This document shows, in pieces, positions 10,265 through 20,904 of a stretch of 64,000 bases of DNA. Within the stretch, counting starts at the first letter, position 1. Every line of letters starts with the position of its first letter. The stretch is from assembly GCA_963754945.1 (NCBI GenBank), contig CAVWIG010000028.1:166130-230129 (forward strand), in the 5' to 3' direction. The stretch comes from Methanotrichaceae archaeon. GTDB lineage: Archaea > Halobacteriota > Methanosarcinia > Methanotrichales > Methanotrichaceae. A program made the translations under genes and the position numbers. Under the pieces are notes generated by a model. The model ran no database searches. It was not told the DNA's origin and saw only the letters and a program-made list of their open reading frames with translations.

Positions 10265-11449
10265 ATGCAGGACTACTCCGAAAATCAGTTTCTGGCCCTC
10301 GCCGGAACCCCTCCCCTGGACATCGAAATCTGCGATGTAACCCTTCGCGACGGAGAGCAGATGCCCGGAGTAGTCTTCAGACCGGATGAGAAACTGGACA
10401 TAGCTATGCGACTGGATGAGATTGGAGTGGAGGTCATTGAGGCAGGCTTCCCGGTCGTGTCCAAGGCTGAGAAGAACGCCGTGCGGGAGATCTGCAACCT
10501 GGATCTGGATGCTAAGATCTCCGCCCTGTCCAGGTCTGTCAAGGCTGACGTGGATGCCGCCCTTGATTGCGACGTGGACATGATCAGCGTATTCATCGCC
10601 ACCTCCGAGCTGCACCTCAAATACAAGCTGCATATGTCCTGTCCTGAGGCTATCAGGTGCGCCTTAGATACTGTGGAGTATGCGAAGGACCACGGCCTCA
10701 TTGTGAGATTCTCTGCCGAGGACGCCACCCGAACAGACTTCGAGACCCTGAAGAAGTTGTACAAGAAAGCGGAGGAGCACCATGCGGATTACATCAGCGT
10801 TGCCGACACCGTTGGGGTCATGAATCCTCGAACAACCTACTACATGATCAGCGAAATCAAAAAGGTGGTGAAGATCCCCATCTGTATGCACTGCCACGAT
10901 GACTTGGGCATGGCCCTCGCCAATACCCTAGCTGGGGCGGAAGCAGGTGCCAAACAGCTCCACACGACAGTTAACGGCATCGGCGAGCGCAGTGGCAACA
11001 CTCCTTTGGAAGAGATGCTTGTGACCCTTAAGCTGCAATACGGAGTTGATGCTTACGATCTTACCAGGCTCAAGGATCTCTCAAAGCTAGTGGAGTCCTA
11101 TTCTGGAGTGTCCGTTGCCAGGAACAAGGCTGTCGTTGGCGTCAACGCCTTTGCCCACGAGTCGGGGATCCACGTGGCTGCGGTTCTGGAGGAGCCCAGG
11201 ACATACGAGCTTTATTCTCCGGAGATAGTTGGTGCTGCCAGACACATTATAATAGGCAAGCACACCGGAGCAAAGGCCCTGAAATACATCACCGAGCGAA
11301 TGGGGTATCACCTGAAGGAACATGAAGTCTGCGAACTGGCTGAGAAGGTTAAGATGTGCAGCGAGTTCAAGCGTCCCATTAACTGCGAGGAATTGCGCAG
11401 GTTAATCCTGGGAATGGAGAACCTGGAAATTTCGTATCCGGGCCCGTGA
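10265..11449 (+). CDS. aksA: Homocitrate synthase family (AksA-like, DRE-TIM metallolyase) protein
   Basis: DVTLRDGEQ, HCHDDLG, GIGERSGN, AFAHESGIH; about 395 aa, no LeuA regulatory domain. Confidence 0.75.
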   Translation: MQDYSENQFLALAGTPPLDIEICDVTLRDGEQMPGVVFRPDEKLDIAMRLDEIGVEVIEAGFPVVSKAEKNAVREICNLDLDAKISALSRSVKADVDAALDCDVDMISVFIATSELHLKYKLHMSCPEAIRCALDTVEYAKDHGLIVRFSAEDATRTDFETLKKLYKKAEEHHADYISVADTVGVMNPRTTYYMISEIKKVVKIPICMHCHDDLGMALANTLAGAEAGAKQLHTTVNGIGERSGNTPLEEMLVTLKLQYGVDAYDLTRLKDLSKLVESYSGVSVARNKAVVGVNAFAHESGIHVAAVLEEPRTYELYSPEIVGAARHIIIGKHTGAKALKYITERMGYHLKEHEVCELAEKVKMCSEFKRPINCEELRRLILGMENLEISYPGP

Positions 11450-11690
11450 AGAAGGCCAAGGGGGTACCCCGAAGGATTTAGATCGAGTTAAACTCTCGAA
11501 AACTCCTGGGAGAAAAGTTTCAAGCGGACTGCTGGCTTGATCGCCGACGGATCTGCGTTCCGTATAGGCATCGATCATGCCCAAAAGAGACAAACCCGAC
11601 AATTTCGCCAAAACATAGAGCGCGAGGATGACCCGCGCTTCAATGTTGAGTTGGGATCCTGATGTACAGGATCGACACATTTCATTCTCC

Positions 11691-13058
11691 TCATGCTTCG
11701 ATGCCGAGGAATGCCAGCATCATCTCGGATTGCATCAGGTCCTCGATCCCCTGCGTTGCTGGAATGAACTTGAACTGGAAGGCATAGTTGTAGATTCCAG
11801 ATCCGTCAAGCTTCATCCATACCAGCCAGAGGTTAGTACCTGCCGGTTGGGCCCGGATGTTGTGGTATAGCCTATTCGCGTCCTTGAGCTGTAAGGTTAG
11901 GCCGCCAACTGCGAAGTTGCCCAGGCTCCTGTACTGGTAGAACGCCATGACCTTGATAGGCACATCCAGATCTGGATATCCCGTCCTCTGGACGATAAGG
12001 TCCGTTGTCTTGACACCAGTTATGGGCATGACCATCAGGACGCCTCCTGTTGGAAGGAATATATCACCAGCCGGGGCTATAGGTGTCAAGGTTATGGTCG
12101 TCTGGTATGTCTGCTTATCGGTTACTGTGAAGGTCAGGGGATAATCCTGGTAGCCCGTCTTCCTGACTGTCACTGAGTAGTAGCCTGCGGTCAGGGCGAT
12201 GAATTTGTCTGTTTGGCCTATAACAGCGCCTTTAATCACGATGTCGGCCTTGAGCGATCCAGCGGTGTTGATCTGGATTCCCGTTTGGCCGGAAGGCGGT
12301 ATAATCGACAAACTGTAGCCGTAGCCTGCATAAGCTCGGAAGATGCCGCATACGCCGTATGCAATCTTGAACCAGCCTGGATCGCTCGGATCGCCCCATT
12401 CTGTGCTCCAGGAGTTCTTACAGATCCAGCAGCCCTGTACATCGTCGTAGCCGATTATACAGACACAGTGGCCTCCCACATAATCACCGTACCCAGGAGA
12501 ATAGACGCCGCCAGAATAATCGAAGAAGTCAGAATCTACTTCCATCGCAGCCTGAATGGCCCCATTGGAGCTGAGCCACTGCTTAGCGACTGCATCAGAG
12601 GTGATTCTGGTGGCGGAGAGGATCTTGAGCTTGTTGCCGTCACAGCAGCTTTGCTTACTGCCGTTGTATGGCCAGCACCTCTCAGGACATACGCCCCTGG
12701 ACTGAAGAGCAGCATTTGCAGCTTCAAGTGTCCACCCATTAGCACATGTGCCACCGTTGCTGAATAGGTCGGCCTCGGAAAGCTTGTCGTCTTCGCCTGG
12801 ATTTTGGTCGGCGACTTTTTTGGTGACTTCGAGGGTGGCTGTAGAGCCAAAGGCCACACAGCTTCCACAATCACCCTGGTCCTGAATGGGTGTTGTATAG
12901 TTCTTGCCGTTGACATTGCGCCAGTTCCATGTGGCCGGTGTGCCCCAGATGGTGTGGACCTTAAGAGCTATGTCCCTGGCGTCCTCTGCGGCGGTACGTT
13001 TTAGCTGCTCGGTGATGATGAGTCCTAGCTTGCGAATCATACCCTTTCCTTTTTCCAT
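11691..13058 (-). CDS. Papain-family (C1A) cysteine peptidase with PEGA-like domain
   Basis: QDQGDCGSCVAF (Cys), GGHCVCIIGY (His), KNSWSTEWG (Asn); later LTAGYYSVTVRKTGY PEGA-like motif. Confidence 0.88.
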   Translation of the reverse strand: MEKGKGMIRKLGLIITEQLKRTAAEDARDIALKVHTIWGTPATWNWRNVNGKNYTTPIQDQGDCGSCVAFGSTATLEVTKKVADQNPGEDDKLSEADLFSNGGTCANGWTLEAANAALQSRGVCPERCWPYNGSKQSCCDGNKLKILSATRITSDAVAKQWLSSNGAIQAAMEVDSDFFDYSGGVYSPGYGDYVGGHCVCIIGYDDVQGCWICKNSWSTEWGDPSDPGWFKIAYGVCGIFRAYAGYGYSLSIIPPSGQTGIQINTAGSLKADIVIKGAVIGQTDKFIALTAGYYSVTVRKTGYQDYPLTFTVTDKQTYQTTITLTPIAPAGDIFLPTGGVLMVMPITGVKTTDLIVQRTGYPDLDVPIKVMAFYQYRSLGNFAVGGLTLQLKDANRLYHNIRAQPAGTNLWLVWMKLDGSGIYNYAFQFKFIPATQGIEDLMQSEMMLAFLGIEA

Positions 13059-13468
13059 TCACAATCATCTCCTTAGCTATCTATAACTAATGTCTAAAAA
13101 TATAAATATTGTGTATCCTTTGGTATGGAGGAGCAGGAAATCTCGTATCCAGGCCAGTGAAGAGGCATCAGGCAAGTGGATTGGTAGATTAAGATTAGTT
13201 TGAATTTGGAAAATAATTTCTGACTACTCAGATGCTTGCTCCTAACCCTCAATGCGGGCACTAATGGCAATTTTTAGAAAAACGCACAAAATCTGTTGTA
13301 GTCTTCTTATCCCTAGATATCATAACGCTAATATGTCTCCCAGTTATTCATGGCCAACCGCAAGCAGATCTGGCTCAAACCGGAAAACTATTTGGAAATC
13401 TGTTCATTAGCGGCATCCACTTTGGATAATTTGGCTATTGTCTCAGCAAATAAATGGAATGATTAATC

Positions 13469-14386
13469 TTAATCATTTAAGCAAATTATAAATAATCTCT
13501 GTGTTCTTTTCTCAAACGGCAAAGAATCATTCAAGGACGGCGTGAGATCTTTCGTTTTTTCAATTCCAGAGATCAACCTGATTCTACAGCTAGTTGTCTC
13601 TCTAGGAACTTTTGAAATTAAATATTCACCATTTTCATTAGTGAGATTTTGCCGTCCGCCCATCCCAATTATTGCGCCTATTACCGGCTCTGGACGCATG
13701 CCTTTTTGTCCGCAATAATCCTTCACCATGCCAAATACATCTATGGTATTGCCAGGATTAACAGTTATGTCATAATTTTTGTATTTTTCCTCGGTTTCAT
13801 ATTTTGAAAATTTAAGCTCATTTTGGTAGAGCACATTGTTATTAGCGTCAGCCACCACGATGTAGTTTAGCAATTTTGGGTTTATTGAAACTTGAGATAA
13901 TTGGTATTTACCAGTAGGAGCGTAAAAAGATTTATCATATCCGACTCTTACAGCTACATTTTTCAGTGGATTCCCTAATTCGTCAATCACGGTTCCTTCT
14001 ATTGTAAAATTTATTTTATTCACGTTCACTGATACATTTTGTGAAAGCAATGAATAAAAAGGTATATTTAATCCTTTGTTAATGGTATATTTAGGAAATA
14101 TAAAGTCAATAGAATTTGCATTTCTAGGTACGCTCTCTAATTCGTATATGCCTTCACTATTAGAAGTTGTACTGATATTCTCAATCTCAACTCTAACGGA
14201 ATTCGCGGGATTGCCATCCCAATACGTTATTTTTCCTTGAACTGTTACCGTTTTTGGATAAACTATTGCCCCGAAACCTATTAGAAGAAAAATAGCCCCA
14301 ATCGCTCGACACTTATTACAATCTCTTGGATTAAGTAATTCGATCTTTCCACTAATTTTTACGAAAGATACAACGAACAGCAGCAA
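13469..14386 (-). CDS. Membrane-anchored protein with repeated carboxypeptidase-regulatory-like (CarboxypepD_reg) domains; start uncertain
   Basis: N-terminal hydrophobic segments; repeats GKITYWDGNPANSVRV, GTVIDELGNPLKNVAV and TNENGEYLISKVP; very AT-rich. Confidence 0.6.
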   Translation of the reverse strand: MLLFVVSFVKISGKIELLNPRDCNKCRAIGAIFLLIGFGAIVYPKTVTVQGKITYWDGNPANSVRVEIENISTTSNSEGIYELESVPRNANSIDFIFPKYTINKGLNIPFYSLLSQNVSVNVNKINFTIEGTVIDELGNPLKNVAVRVGYDKSFYAPTGKYQLSQVSINPKLLNYIVVADANNNVLYQNELKFSKYETEEKYKNYDITVNPGNTIDVFGMVKDYCGQKGMRPEPVIGAIIGMGGRQNLTNENGEYLISKVPRETTSCRIRLISGIEKTKDLTPSLNDSLPFEKRTQRLFIICLND

Positions 14387-14557
14387 ACCTAGAATAATAA
14401 TTAATCCTGTGACATCTCTAACAATTGAAACATAAAATCGTAAAATTCCACGATCTCCTCCTACAATAGATTATTTGTATTTTTAAATTTCATCACAACA
14501 TTTTCATCTCCAGCAAATTACTTGGATTTAAATATTAGTTCTTCTACTTTATTTGGA

Positions 14558-14965
14558 CTAACTGAAAGGAGGACTCTTAGGTTTCGCCACAAACCACAAT
14601 CCATCTTGGTTATTCCCTTTGATGTCTCCTGGACTATGATCTCCTGTGTAAAGATACAGCGGCCATCTCTTATATGCGATCTGCTTTACACCATCTTCTC
14701 GTAATATTGTACTAAAATCATTTATGTTCAGATCTCCTCCAACGCTGATATCGTTCGCAGGGAAGGGTTGCCACCTCTCTGAACAGCTACCGTAGCATGT
14801 GCTTATCATGTTGCCACCATCATTTACAAAATAGTATAATGTCATCCCGTTTCCATTAACCATATTCCCATTGGTATCAGTCGTTATTATCGTAGATGAT
14901 GATGCCGTTGCACCTGTTGCGAACAAGGCAAGTGCCAAGAAGATCGTTTTAAATTTAGCCGACAT
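14558..14965 (-). CDS. Secreted repeat lipoprotein (COG4315 / Lipoprotein_15-like)
   Basis: Signal peptide; GMTLYYFVND..STCYGSCSERWQP and QIAYKRWPLYLYTGD..PGDIKG repeats. Confidence 0.85.
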   Translation of the reverse strand: MSAKFKTIFLALALFATGATASSSTIITTDTNGNMVNGNGMTLYYFVNDGGNMISTCYGSCSERWQPFPANDISVGGDLNINDFSTILREDGVKQIAYKRWPLYLYTGDHSPGDIKGNNQDGLWFVAKPKSPPFS

Positions 14966-15807
14966 AATTTTCTCCAGATATACTTGTGTAATTGTTATTT
15001 ATTTAGTTTTTGGTTATGTTGAACTCATTTGAAAAACTCATCGAACGACAAGAAAGTAATCGAGGCTCAAGTTTAAAGCATCTCGATCAAATAAATGGAC
15101 GGAGAATCCTTGGCACTTCATATTGCTCACCCAAAGGCATTGATCGAGGGCCCCCTTTTTGCCGCTGGCAAACACCTTTCCTTGAAGAACCTTATGCGGA
15201 TTTTAGCCCATCTGAGAACACGGCAGGATTTGCTCGTTTTCCAGGGCTATCTATCAAATGGCTGCAATCCGCTCCTTGCGGCCGCTCTTACAGTAGAAAT
15301 ATTCCAACTATAGAGACGTGCATCGTAATACAGGTTCAACAGCGCACCTTCTTCTGTGCCAGGCTGCCCAACCCTGTACAGGAAGTATTCAACATCTTTT
15401 TTGTGCGCTCCACGACGCGATGCAAACTCTTCGATATCAATAGCTGACAACGTATGCACTAAAACACCCTCTGGAAATAGTCTTAGCTCACGGATAGGTA
15501 GTTCGCTTACTGAAAATAACCTAGGCCCACTAGGGCAGACTATAGTCACAGTAGGAAATCAAAAGTATAAATTTTTATGTATGATCATAGTTACGGACTT
15601 AGAACTTCTTGCCAACAACAAAACCGTTTTGCAGAAACGTCATATCTCAAGCGGCGTGGTATTGCCTGAGAACTCGGTTTAACCCTGAACTCCCTATGAT
15701 CCATCTGGTCAATCCCTTATGTGCCTGGGAGGATAAGATCGGATACATAAGGCGAAATTGGTTGATCTGCATCAATACTAATAAATAATCCAAGGCCCGA
15801 CCTCCTT

Positions 15808-16062
15808 TTAGAAATCATCTTTAGTAACAACGAGGATGTCGCTTTTAGCCGCATGTTTCTTTATATCAGCCCATGCCTCCTGCAACCGTTCCACCTCCAG
15901 CGGGTGCGGCGGAAGCTTATAGCGTCTCGGTCCCAGAGCTGCTGCTGGATCTATCACCACCTTCAGGTCGTTAGACTCCACATAGGTGGCCATAGAGCGC
16001 ACGCCGAAACTGTCGAAGGCCAGAGGCTTGACCTTTAGTTTCTTCAATTCCTTTCTTGGCAT
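15808..16062 (-). pseudogene. Truncated UPF0282-like metallo-beta-lactamase-fold protein
   Basis: [22 protein letters not shown]...[15 protein letters not shown]-terminus; stops just where the HxHxDH-type motif is expected. Confidence 0.7.
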
Positions 16063-16270
16063 AATAGACTCACATCTGTTATTATGATTTTTTGTAGTTA
16101 TAATTTTGTGTTAGGATAGGTCAGGCTACAAGAGCTTTCAGAATCAAGCAGCACTTGTCGTACTATTTGATATTACTTCGGAGTAGTCCGAAACCAATAC
16201 AAATCACGAAGAATTGAGTTAGCCATAAGACTTAAATCCCTGTGTTTTGTTGCTTTCACATTTGATAGAG

Positions 16271-16687
16271 ATGGGATACCTTGAGGAGATCAAAGCGCGA
16301 GGACGGGCTGCCAACCCTTTCTTCCTCTTGATGGGAATCGTTGTGGACTCCTTTGGCGATGGTCGATCAGAACTGTCCATGCAAGTGCGACCCGACATGC
16401 TAAACGGAGTCGGTTGGCTGCAAGGAGGTCTTTACACTGCTCTGTGTGATGAAGCAATGGCTCTGGCCCTCTACACAGCTCTTGAGAATGGAGAAGGCAT
16501 TGCCACTATATCCGAGAGCACATCCTATCTTGAGGGAGTCAGAAGCGGAAAGATAATCGCAAAAGGCAGAGTTGTAAAGAAAGGAAGACACGTAGCTTTT
16601 ACGGAGGGGTGTGTAAAGAAAGCATGCGGGAATGAAGCCGTCCTCACGCAGACCAGGGCATCTTTTACAGTCATCAGAAAACCGTAA
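16271..16687 (+). CDS. PaaI-family thioesterase (hotdog fold)
   Basis: MLNGVGWLQGGLYTALCDEAM motif. Confidence 0.85.
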   Translation: MGYLEEIKARGRAANPFFLLMGIVVDSFGDGRSELSMQVRPDMLNGVGWLQGGLYTALCDEAMALALYTALENGEGIATISESTSYLEGVRSGKIIAKGRVVKKGRHVAFTEGCVKKACGNEAVLTQTRASFTVIRKP

Positions 16688-16733
16688 AGCATCTCCGGCT
16701 TGGTGGCAGTTGAGCGAAAAATGGTCCAAATGG

Positions 16734-16943
16734 TCAACCAGCACTGCGAAATCCTGTCATTTCCTTATCGCCCATCTGTAGCTTTCTCACCGTATCTCCT
16801 GCTTCTCTTGCGTCATCCGCCCGAGCCAGAATCCTGACTCTGTCGATTTGCGTCTTTCTTCCGCAAGGGCAGGTCCTTGTCTTTGCTCCTTCCTGTACGT
16901 ATAGGTGCCTGCCACAATTGCATCTAAAGACCAGGTAAGCCAT
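16734..16943 (-). CDS. DUF1922-family small Zn-ribbon protein
   Basis: YLVFRCNCGRHLY...KTRTCPCGRK. Confidence 0.8.
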   Translation of the reverse strand: MAYLVFRCNCGRHLYVQEGAKTRTCPCGRKTQIDRVRILARADDAREAGDTVRKLQMGDKEMTGFRSAG

Positions 16944-16968
16944 CTTACGAATTCAAAAGAGAGAAAGA

Positions 16969-17352
16969 TCACTGGGGCGGCAGTAGGACTGCATTTATGA
17001 GTCCATCCTGGCCTGGCCTGTTGGTGACCTTGGCATCACCGAGCTCTGTCTTGATGACAGCGCCCTTAGTGATTATGTTTCGCCTCATATAGTGCTGGTT
17101 GGCCTTGTTATCCTTCACAGTTTCGATCTTCACTTTCTTGGCATTGCCGGTTTTCGGATCAGAGACTAAGGCTACGTCCCCACGAAGGATGCGCATCTTG
17201 TGATTTCCTCCCATGGTCTCTATCCTCTTGGTCCTAACCGCGGCTATGGTCGTATCGCTCTGCTCTCTACCTATCTCGAACTTGCGCTTGCCCCTGGCCA
17301 GAATCAACCTTCCACCAGTGGGCTTTCTTCCAGATTCTCCTTGCCATCGCAT
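16969..17352 (-). CDS. rps8e: 30S ribosomal protein S8e
   Basis: RKPTGGR, KRKFEIGR, RRNIITKGAVI, VTNRPGQDG. Confidence 0.97.
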   Translation of the reverse strand: MRWQGESGRKPTGGRLILARGKRKFEIGREQSDTTIAAVRTKRIETMGGNHKMRILRGDVALVSDPKTGNAKKVKIETVKDNKANQHYMRRNIITKGAVIKTELGDAKVTNRPGQDGLINAVLLPPQ

Positions 17353-17644
17353 ACTTTAATTCCTCAGATCGCTGTTCCTCATTCAGCAGTGTATTTAATC
17401 ATTTTGGTAATATCAAAGCTGCTTGAGCAACTTGAAGTACGGGTCGTGGCCCCCCCCACCAGCGACTGGCACTTCCTGCATAGAATAGCCGCGTTTATTG
17501 TCTGGATGATCGAGCTTCTCTCGTCATTTACTGATCTTCCTTTATGGCTCTGTTCCAATCTTCTGTGCCATTTGTTCATCGTTCTTTATCGTCCAGAGAT
17601 CTAATACTCCAACTCAACTCGTTGTACATGGCCAGACCTCAAGC

Positions 17645-19231
17645 CTACAGGGATTTGGCCATGTAAGGTGATCTGAGAGCATACCCGAGGCGCTCATAAT
17701 AAGCACGAGCTCCTATTCCACTGGTGATCTCCAGCGATGCATAGCCCGCGCTCCTGGCAATCTCCTCTGCGGCCTCGACTAACCTTGCTCCATAGCCCTG
17801 ATGCTGCCAGCCGCCTTTTCTGGTCCCGATGGGCACCATGGGACCGTAGATGTGCAGCTCTCTTATCCTTGCAGCCTGGCCAAGTCGGAGGCGCAAGAAC
17901 CCCACAAGAGTGTCGTCCTCCCCGTCGAAGGACAGGAAATGCTCGTCTGCTCCGCACGCCCCATATGTCTCGTGATTCATTTCCAATTCGCCTTCATGGA
18001 CTCCTCGGAGACCTGCCTCTCGACAGCGTATGCACTGACATTTCTTGCCTCGATCTCTCAGTCTATAGCCAGCAAGCTGGCGAAGGTTGGACTTCCTCAC
18101 GCCAGCGACTATCAGATGTGCTGGTATGTCCCTTTGCACCCTCTGAAGCCGAACATACCTGGGTAGCAGCTCCTTAACCCTGGAGACCAAATCGGCAGCC
18201 TCTTCGCTCTCAAGAGGGCTGTATTCGCCCCTCTGGTACATCCTATGCAGCTCGGTTCCCTCTATCACCAGTGTAGGGTATATCTTGAGGTAATCCGGGC
18301 GAAAGCTGCTGCTATCGAACAGCTCTTCGAAGACATCCAGATCAACCTCAGGCGAAGACCCGGGAAGCCCTGGCATCATGTGGAACCCTACTTTGATGCC
18401 GGCCTCTCTGAGGGCTGTGTTGGCCTGTACTACATCATCCACACTGTGACCGCGATTTATAGTCTCCAGAATTCGATCTCTGGTGCTCTGCACCCCGAGC
18501 TCGACCTTGGTGGCCCCCAGAGCGAGCATACCATCTATCTGCTCTGGCCCACACCAGTCCGGCCTTGTCTCGAAGGTGGTGCCTATGTTCTTCACGGCAG
18601 CGTTTCGATTGGCCTCGGCGACATCCTCGAAGGAACTCCATTCTGGGCCGTGACAATTACCTTCTTGTTCGTTACCCTTCAATCTGAGATCTCGCCGGGA
18701 ATAGTCGTTCATCGCCTGCAGGCAGCGCTTGACGAACCAGTGCTGGTAGCCCAGGGGCCTGGAGGTAATGGTTCCTCCCATGATTATCAGCTCGGCCTTG
18801 TCCAAGGGGTGGCCTATCTCATAAAGCTGGCTCAATCTCGCCATGACCTGATCGTATGGATCGAAGTCATGCTGGGCTGCGCGCATGGCCGCTGGCTCTC
18901 TGCCTGTGTAGCTCTGTGGCGATGTGGCCTCACAACCCACTCCTCCGGGGCATGGGACACAGACTCCATGAGGGCACCTGGCAGGGGAGGTCATGGCGGC
19001 TATCACAGCCACACCCGAGAGGGTCCTGGTGGGCTTACGCACCAGCATCTTGAGCCGCTCCCGCTCTTTCGCCGTTGCAAATCCCAGGATGTCGGCATTG
19101 CTTGGCAAAGAGGCAAGACCAAGCTTCTCCGAAAGCCCCTTTTTCATAGACTCCAGCCCGGCTGGAGTGCTGACGGTTCCCGAGAGGATGGCGTCTACTA
19201 TTCCTCTCAGTTCTGTGCTCACTCTATCCAA
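17645..19231 (-). CDS. elp3: tRNA uridine(34) acetyltransferase Elp3 (radical SAM + GNAT)
   Basis: KPTRTLSGVAV, CPHGVCVPCPGG, ETRPDW, RVQRDIP, RELHIYG, WQHQGYG. Confidence 0.95.
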   Translation of the reverse strand: MDRVSTELRGIVDAILSGTVSTPAGLESMKKGLSEKLGLASLPSNADILGFATAKERERLKMLVRKPTRTLSGVAVIAAMTSPARCPHGVCVPCPGGVGCEATSPQSYTGREPAAMRAAQHDFDPYDQVMARLSQLYEIGHPLDKAELIIMGGTITSRPLGYQHWFVKRCLQAMNDYSRRDLRLKGNEQEGNCHGPEWSSFEDVAEANRNAAVKNIGTTFETRPDWCGPEQIDGMLALGATKVELGVQSTRDRILETINRGHSVDDVVQANTALREAGIKVGFHMMPGLPGSSPEVDLDVFEELFDSSSFRPDYLKIYPTLVIEGTELHRMYQRGEYSPLESEEAADLVSRVKELLPRYVRLQRVQRDIPAHLIVAGVRKSNLRQLAGYRLRDRGKKCQCIRCREAGLRGVHEGELEMNHETYGACGADEHFLSFDGEDDTLVGFLRLRLGQAARIRELHIYGPMVPIGTRKGGWQHQGYGARLVEAAEEIARSAGYASLEITSGIGARAYYERLGYALRSPYMAKSL

Positions 19232-19734
19232 CTTACGACCTCATCCAGGTTCCTGGCTGGCGGAGCATGCGGGCTCTCCGCTGGCCAGCCTATGGAAAGA
19301 ATGGCTACCGGCAGCACATCTTTGGCCAGATTCAGGGCATCTCTGACTATCTGATCGTCAAAGGCCCCGTTCCAACAGGCCCCCAGGCTCAGATCGTATG
19401 CAGCCAGGAGCAGGCACATAGTCGCCGCTGCAGCATCCTGTATCGAATAAAGGCTTCCGCGATCTCCGTAACGTCTGCTCGATCGAGGGACATCCGCACA
19501 GATCACGACCAGCAGAGGCGCAGTCTCCACCTGACTCTGACCGTAGGCGGCCACTGCCAAAGTCTTTCTCATTTGGGTGTTGGTCACGACAACATATTTC
19601 CTGGCTCGAAGATTTCCTGCGGACGGAGCAGTCTCAGCCGCTTTGATAAGATCGAGAATAAGATCCTTGGAGACAGGATCTTCCTTATAGCTCCTCATCG
19701 ACCTTCGCCCTTCAAGGGCATCCATCAGATTCAT
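19219..19734 (-). CDS. Nitroreductase family protein
   Basis: RRSMRSY, APSAGNL, LGACWNGAF. Confidence 0.9.
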   Translation of the reverse strand: MNLMDALEGRRSMRSYKEDPVSKDLILDLIKAAETAPSAGNLRARKYVVVTNTQMRKTLAVAAYGQSQVETAPLLVVICADVPRSSRRYGDRGSLYSIQDAAAATMCLLLAAYDLSLGACWNGAFDDQIVRDALNLAKDVLPVAILSIGWPAESPHAPPARNLDEVVSWIE

Positions 19735-19775
19735 CGTCTAAAGAATAGTGTCCCCATTGGATAAGAAATTGCTTG

Positions 19776-20714
19776 CTAATTATAATCGTGCGTGAACAAG
19801 GGCTCCTGTCTACCAAGCTGTCTTACTGTCACACAGTCGTCATCGATGACTATATAGGTGTCCGGCGACTTCTCATTGTTTCCATTTCGCCTCTCGGAGG
19901 TGAGGCTTCCTGCATTGACCGCTAATGGACCATCATCGCGTCTGTATATGCCTGCCTTATGAGTGTCCCCGTAGACGAAGCAGTCCACCTTCCCAACCCG
20001 CTGATTCTTCAGGAACTCCAGTATGGCATCGTACTGTCTCTCGACAGGGGCGTATTTCCTCCGAATCCCATTATTCATCTTGTTGAAGATACAGGATACC
20101 TTCCATAGCTTCTGCTCGAACTCCACCATCTCTCCGATGTAGCTGGACCTGTACATCCCTTCGTAGGCGTAGGCCATCATCATCTCCAGGTCGGCTGGCG
20201 AGATTTCCTCGCCGGAGAGCTTCCTTAGCTGCTCTACTAACTGGATGGAAAAAGCCTGGACACCTTTTAAATGGTGGCCGTGAGTGAACAGGTAGTTCCT
20301 ATGGTAGCAGCTTGCCTTGTAGATGGGGTAGTACATGTCAACGTTCAGGCCGTCAAGGGTCTGGTTCCAGTTGAGGTTGGGAGTGTAGACAGAATAGATG
20401 TCTCCTCTGGCCACCCTTTCCAGAAAATCCATCTCCTGGCTCATCACCGCCAGGTGATGATCATGATTTCCCACAACATAACTTATCTTCACATCCAGCT
20501 CTGACAGCCTCTCAAATAAATACCTGGAGTCCCGCAACGCTCTCTCCGGCCTGGCCCTCCACAGGTCGAAGATGTCTCCCAGGAGGACGATCTCTCCACA
20601 GCCTTTCCCGTACTTCCATACCTCCCATATCAGGCAATCGACCAGCTTATGATCGGTAAGAGTGGATGAGCTTAGACCAAAGTGAGTATCTGACAATACC
20701 AGGATTGAAGCCAT
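19776..20714 (-). CDS. Calcineurin-like metallophosphoesterase
   Basis: LSDTHFG, LLGDIFDLW, VGNHDH, THGH, GDTH motifs. Confidence 0.85.
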   Translation of the reverse strand: MASILVLSDTHFGLSSSTLTDHKLVDCLIWEVWKYGKGCGEIVLLGDIFDLWRARPERALRDSRYLFERLSELDVKISYVVGNHDHHLAVMSQEMDFLERVARGDIYSVYTPNLNWNQTLDGLNVDMYYPIYKASCYHRNYLFTHGHHLKGVQAFSIQLVEQLRKLSGEEISPADLEMMMAYAYEGMYRSSYIGEMVEFEQKLWKVSCIFNKMNNGIRRKYAPVERQYDAILEFLKNQRVGKVDCFVYGDTHKAGIYRRDDGPLAVNAGSLTSERRNGNNEKSPDTYIVIDDDCVTVRQLGRQEPLFTHDYN

Positions 20715-20904
20715 TATGATCTCCTTGTCGTATGAAATAGTATTACAGTTATTATTTATAAATATTTTGTGCAATCTACGCCGGGAATTTCGAAAAGATC
20801 TCTCGATTCGATGAACATGGGGTTGGACGCCGCGTACGCTAGGCAAACAACCAAGCAAAAGACAAAAATATCCGATATTGAACCAAGAACATGGAGTCTC
20901 ATCG

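Noticed and set aside
15010-15800. Overlapping 70-145 aa ORFs on both strands
   Set aside because: No family recognised; may be a decayed gene, but I cannot support a call
17353-17644. Possible SRP RNA or other ncRNA upstream of rps8e
   Set aside because: No SRP helix 6/8 motifs or extended GC-rich pairing visible
18245-19354. 369-aa plus-strand ORF
   Set aside because: Antisense shadow of elp3 with no recognisable motifs; the same applies to the many ORFs opposite speA, katG and the acyl-CoA synthetase
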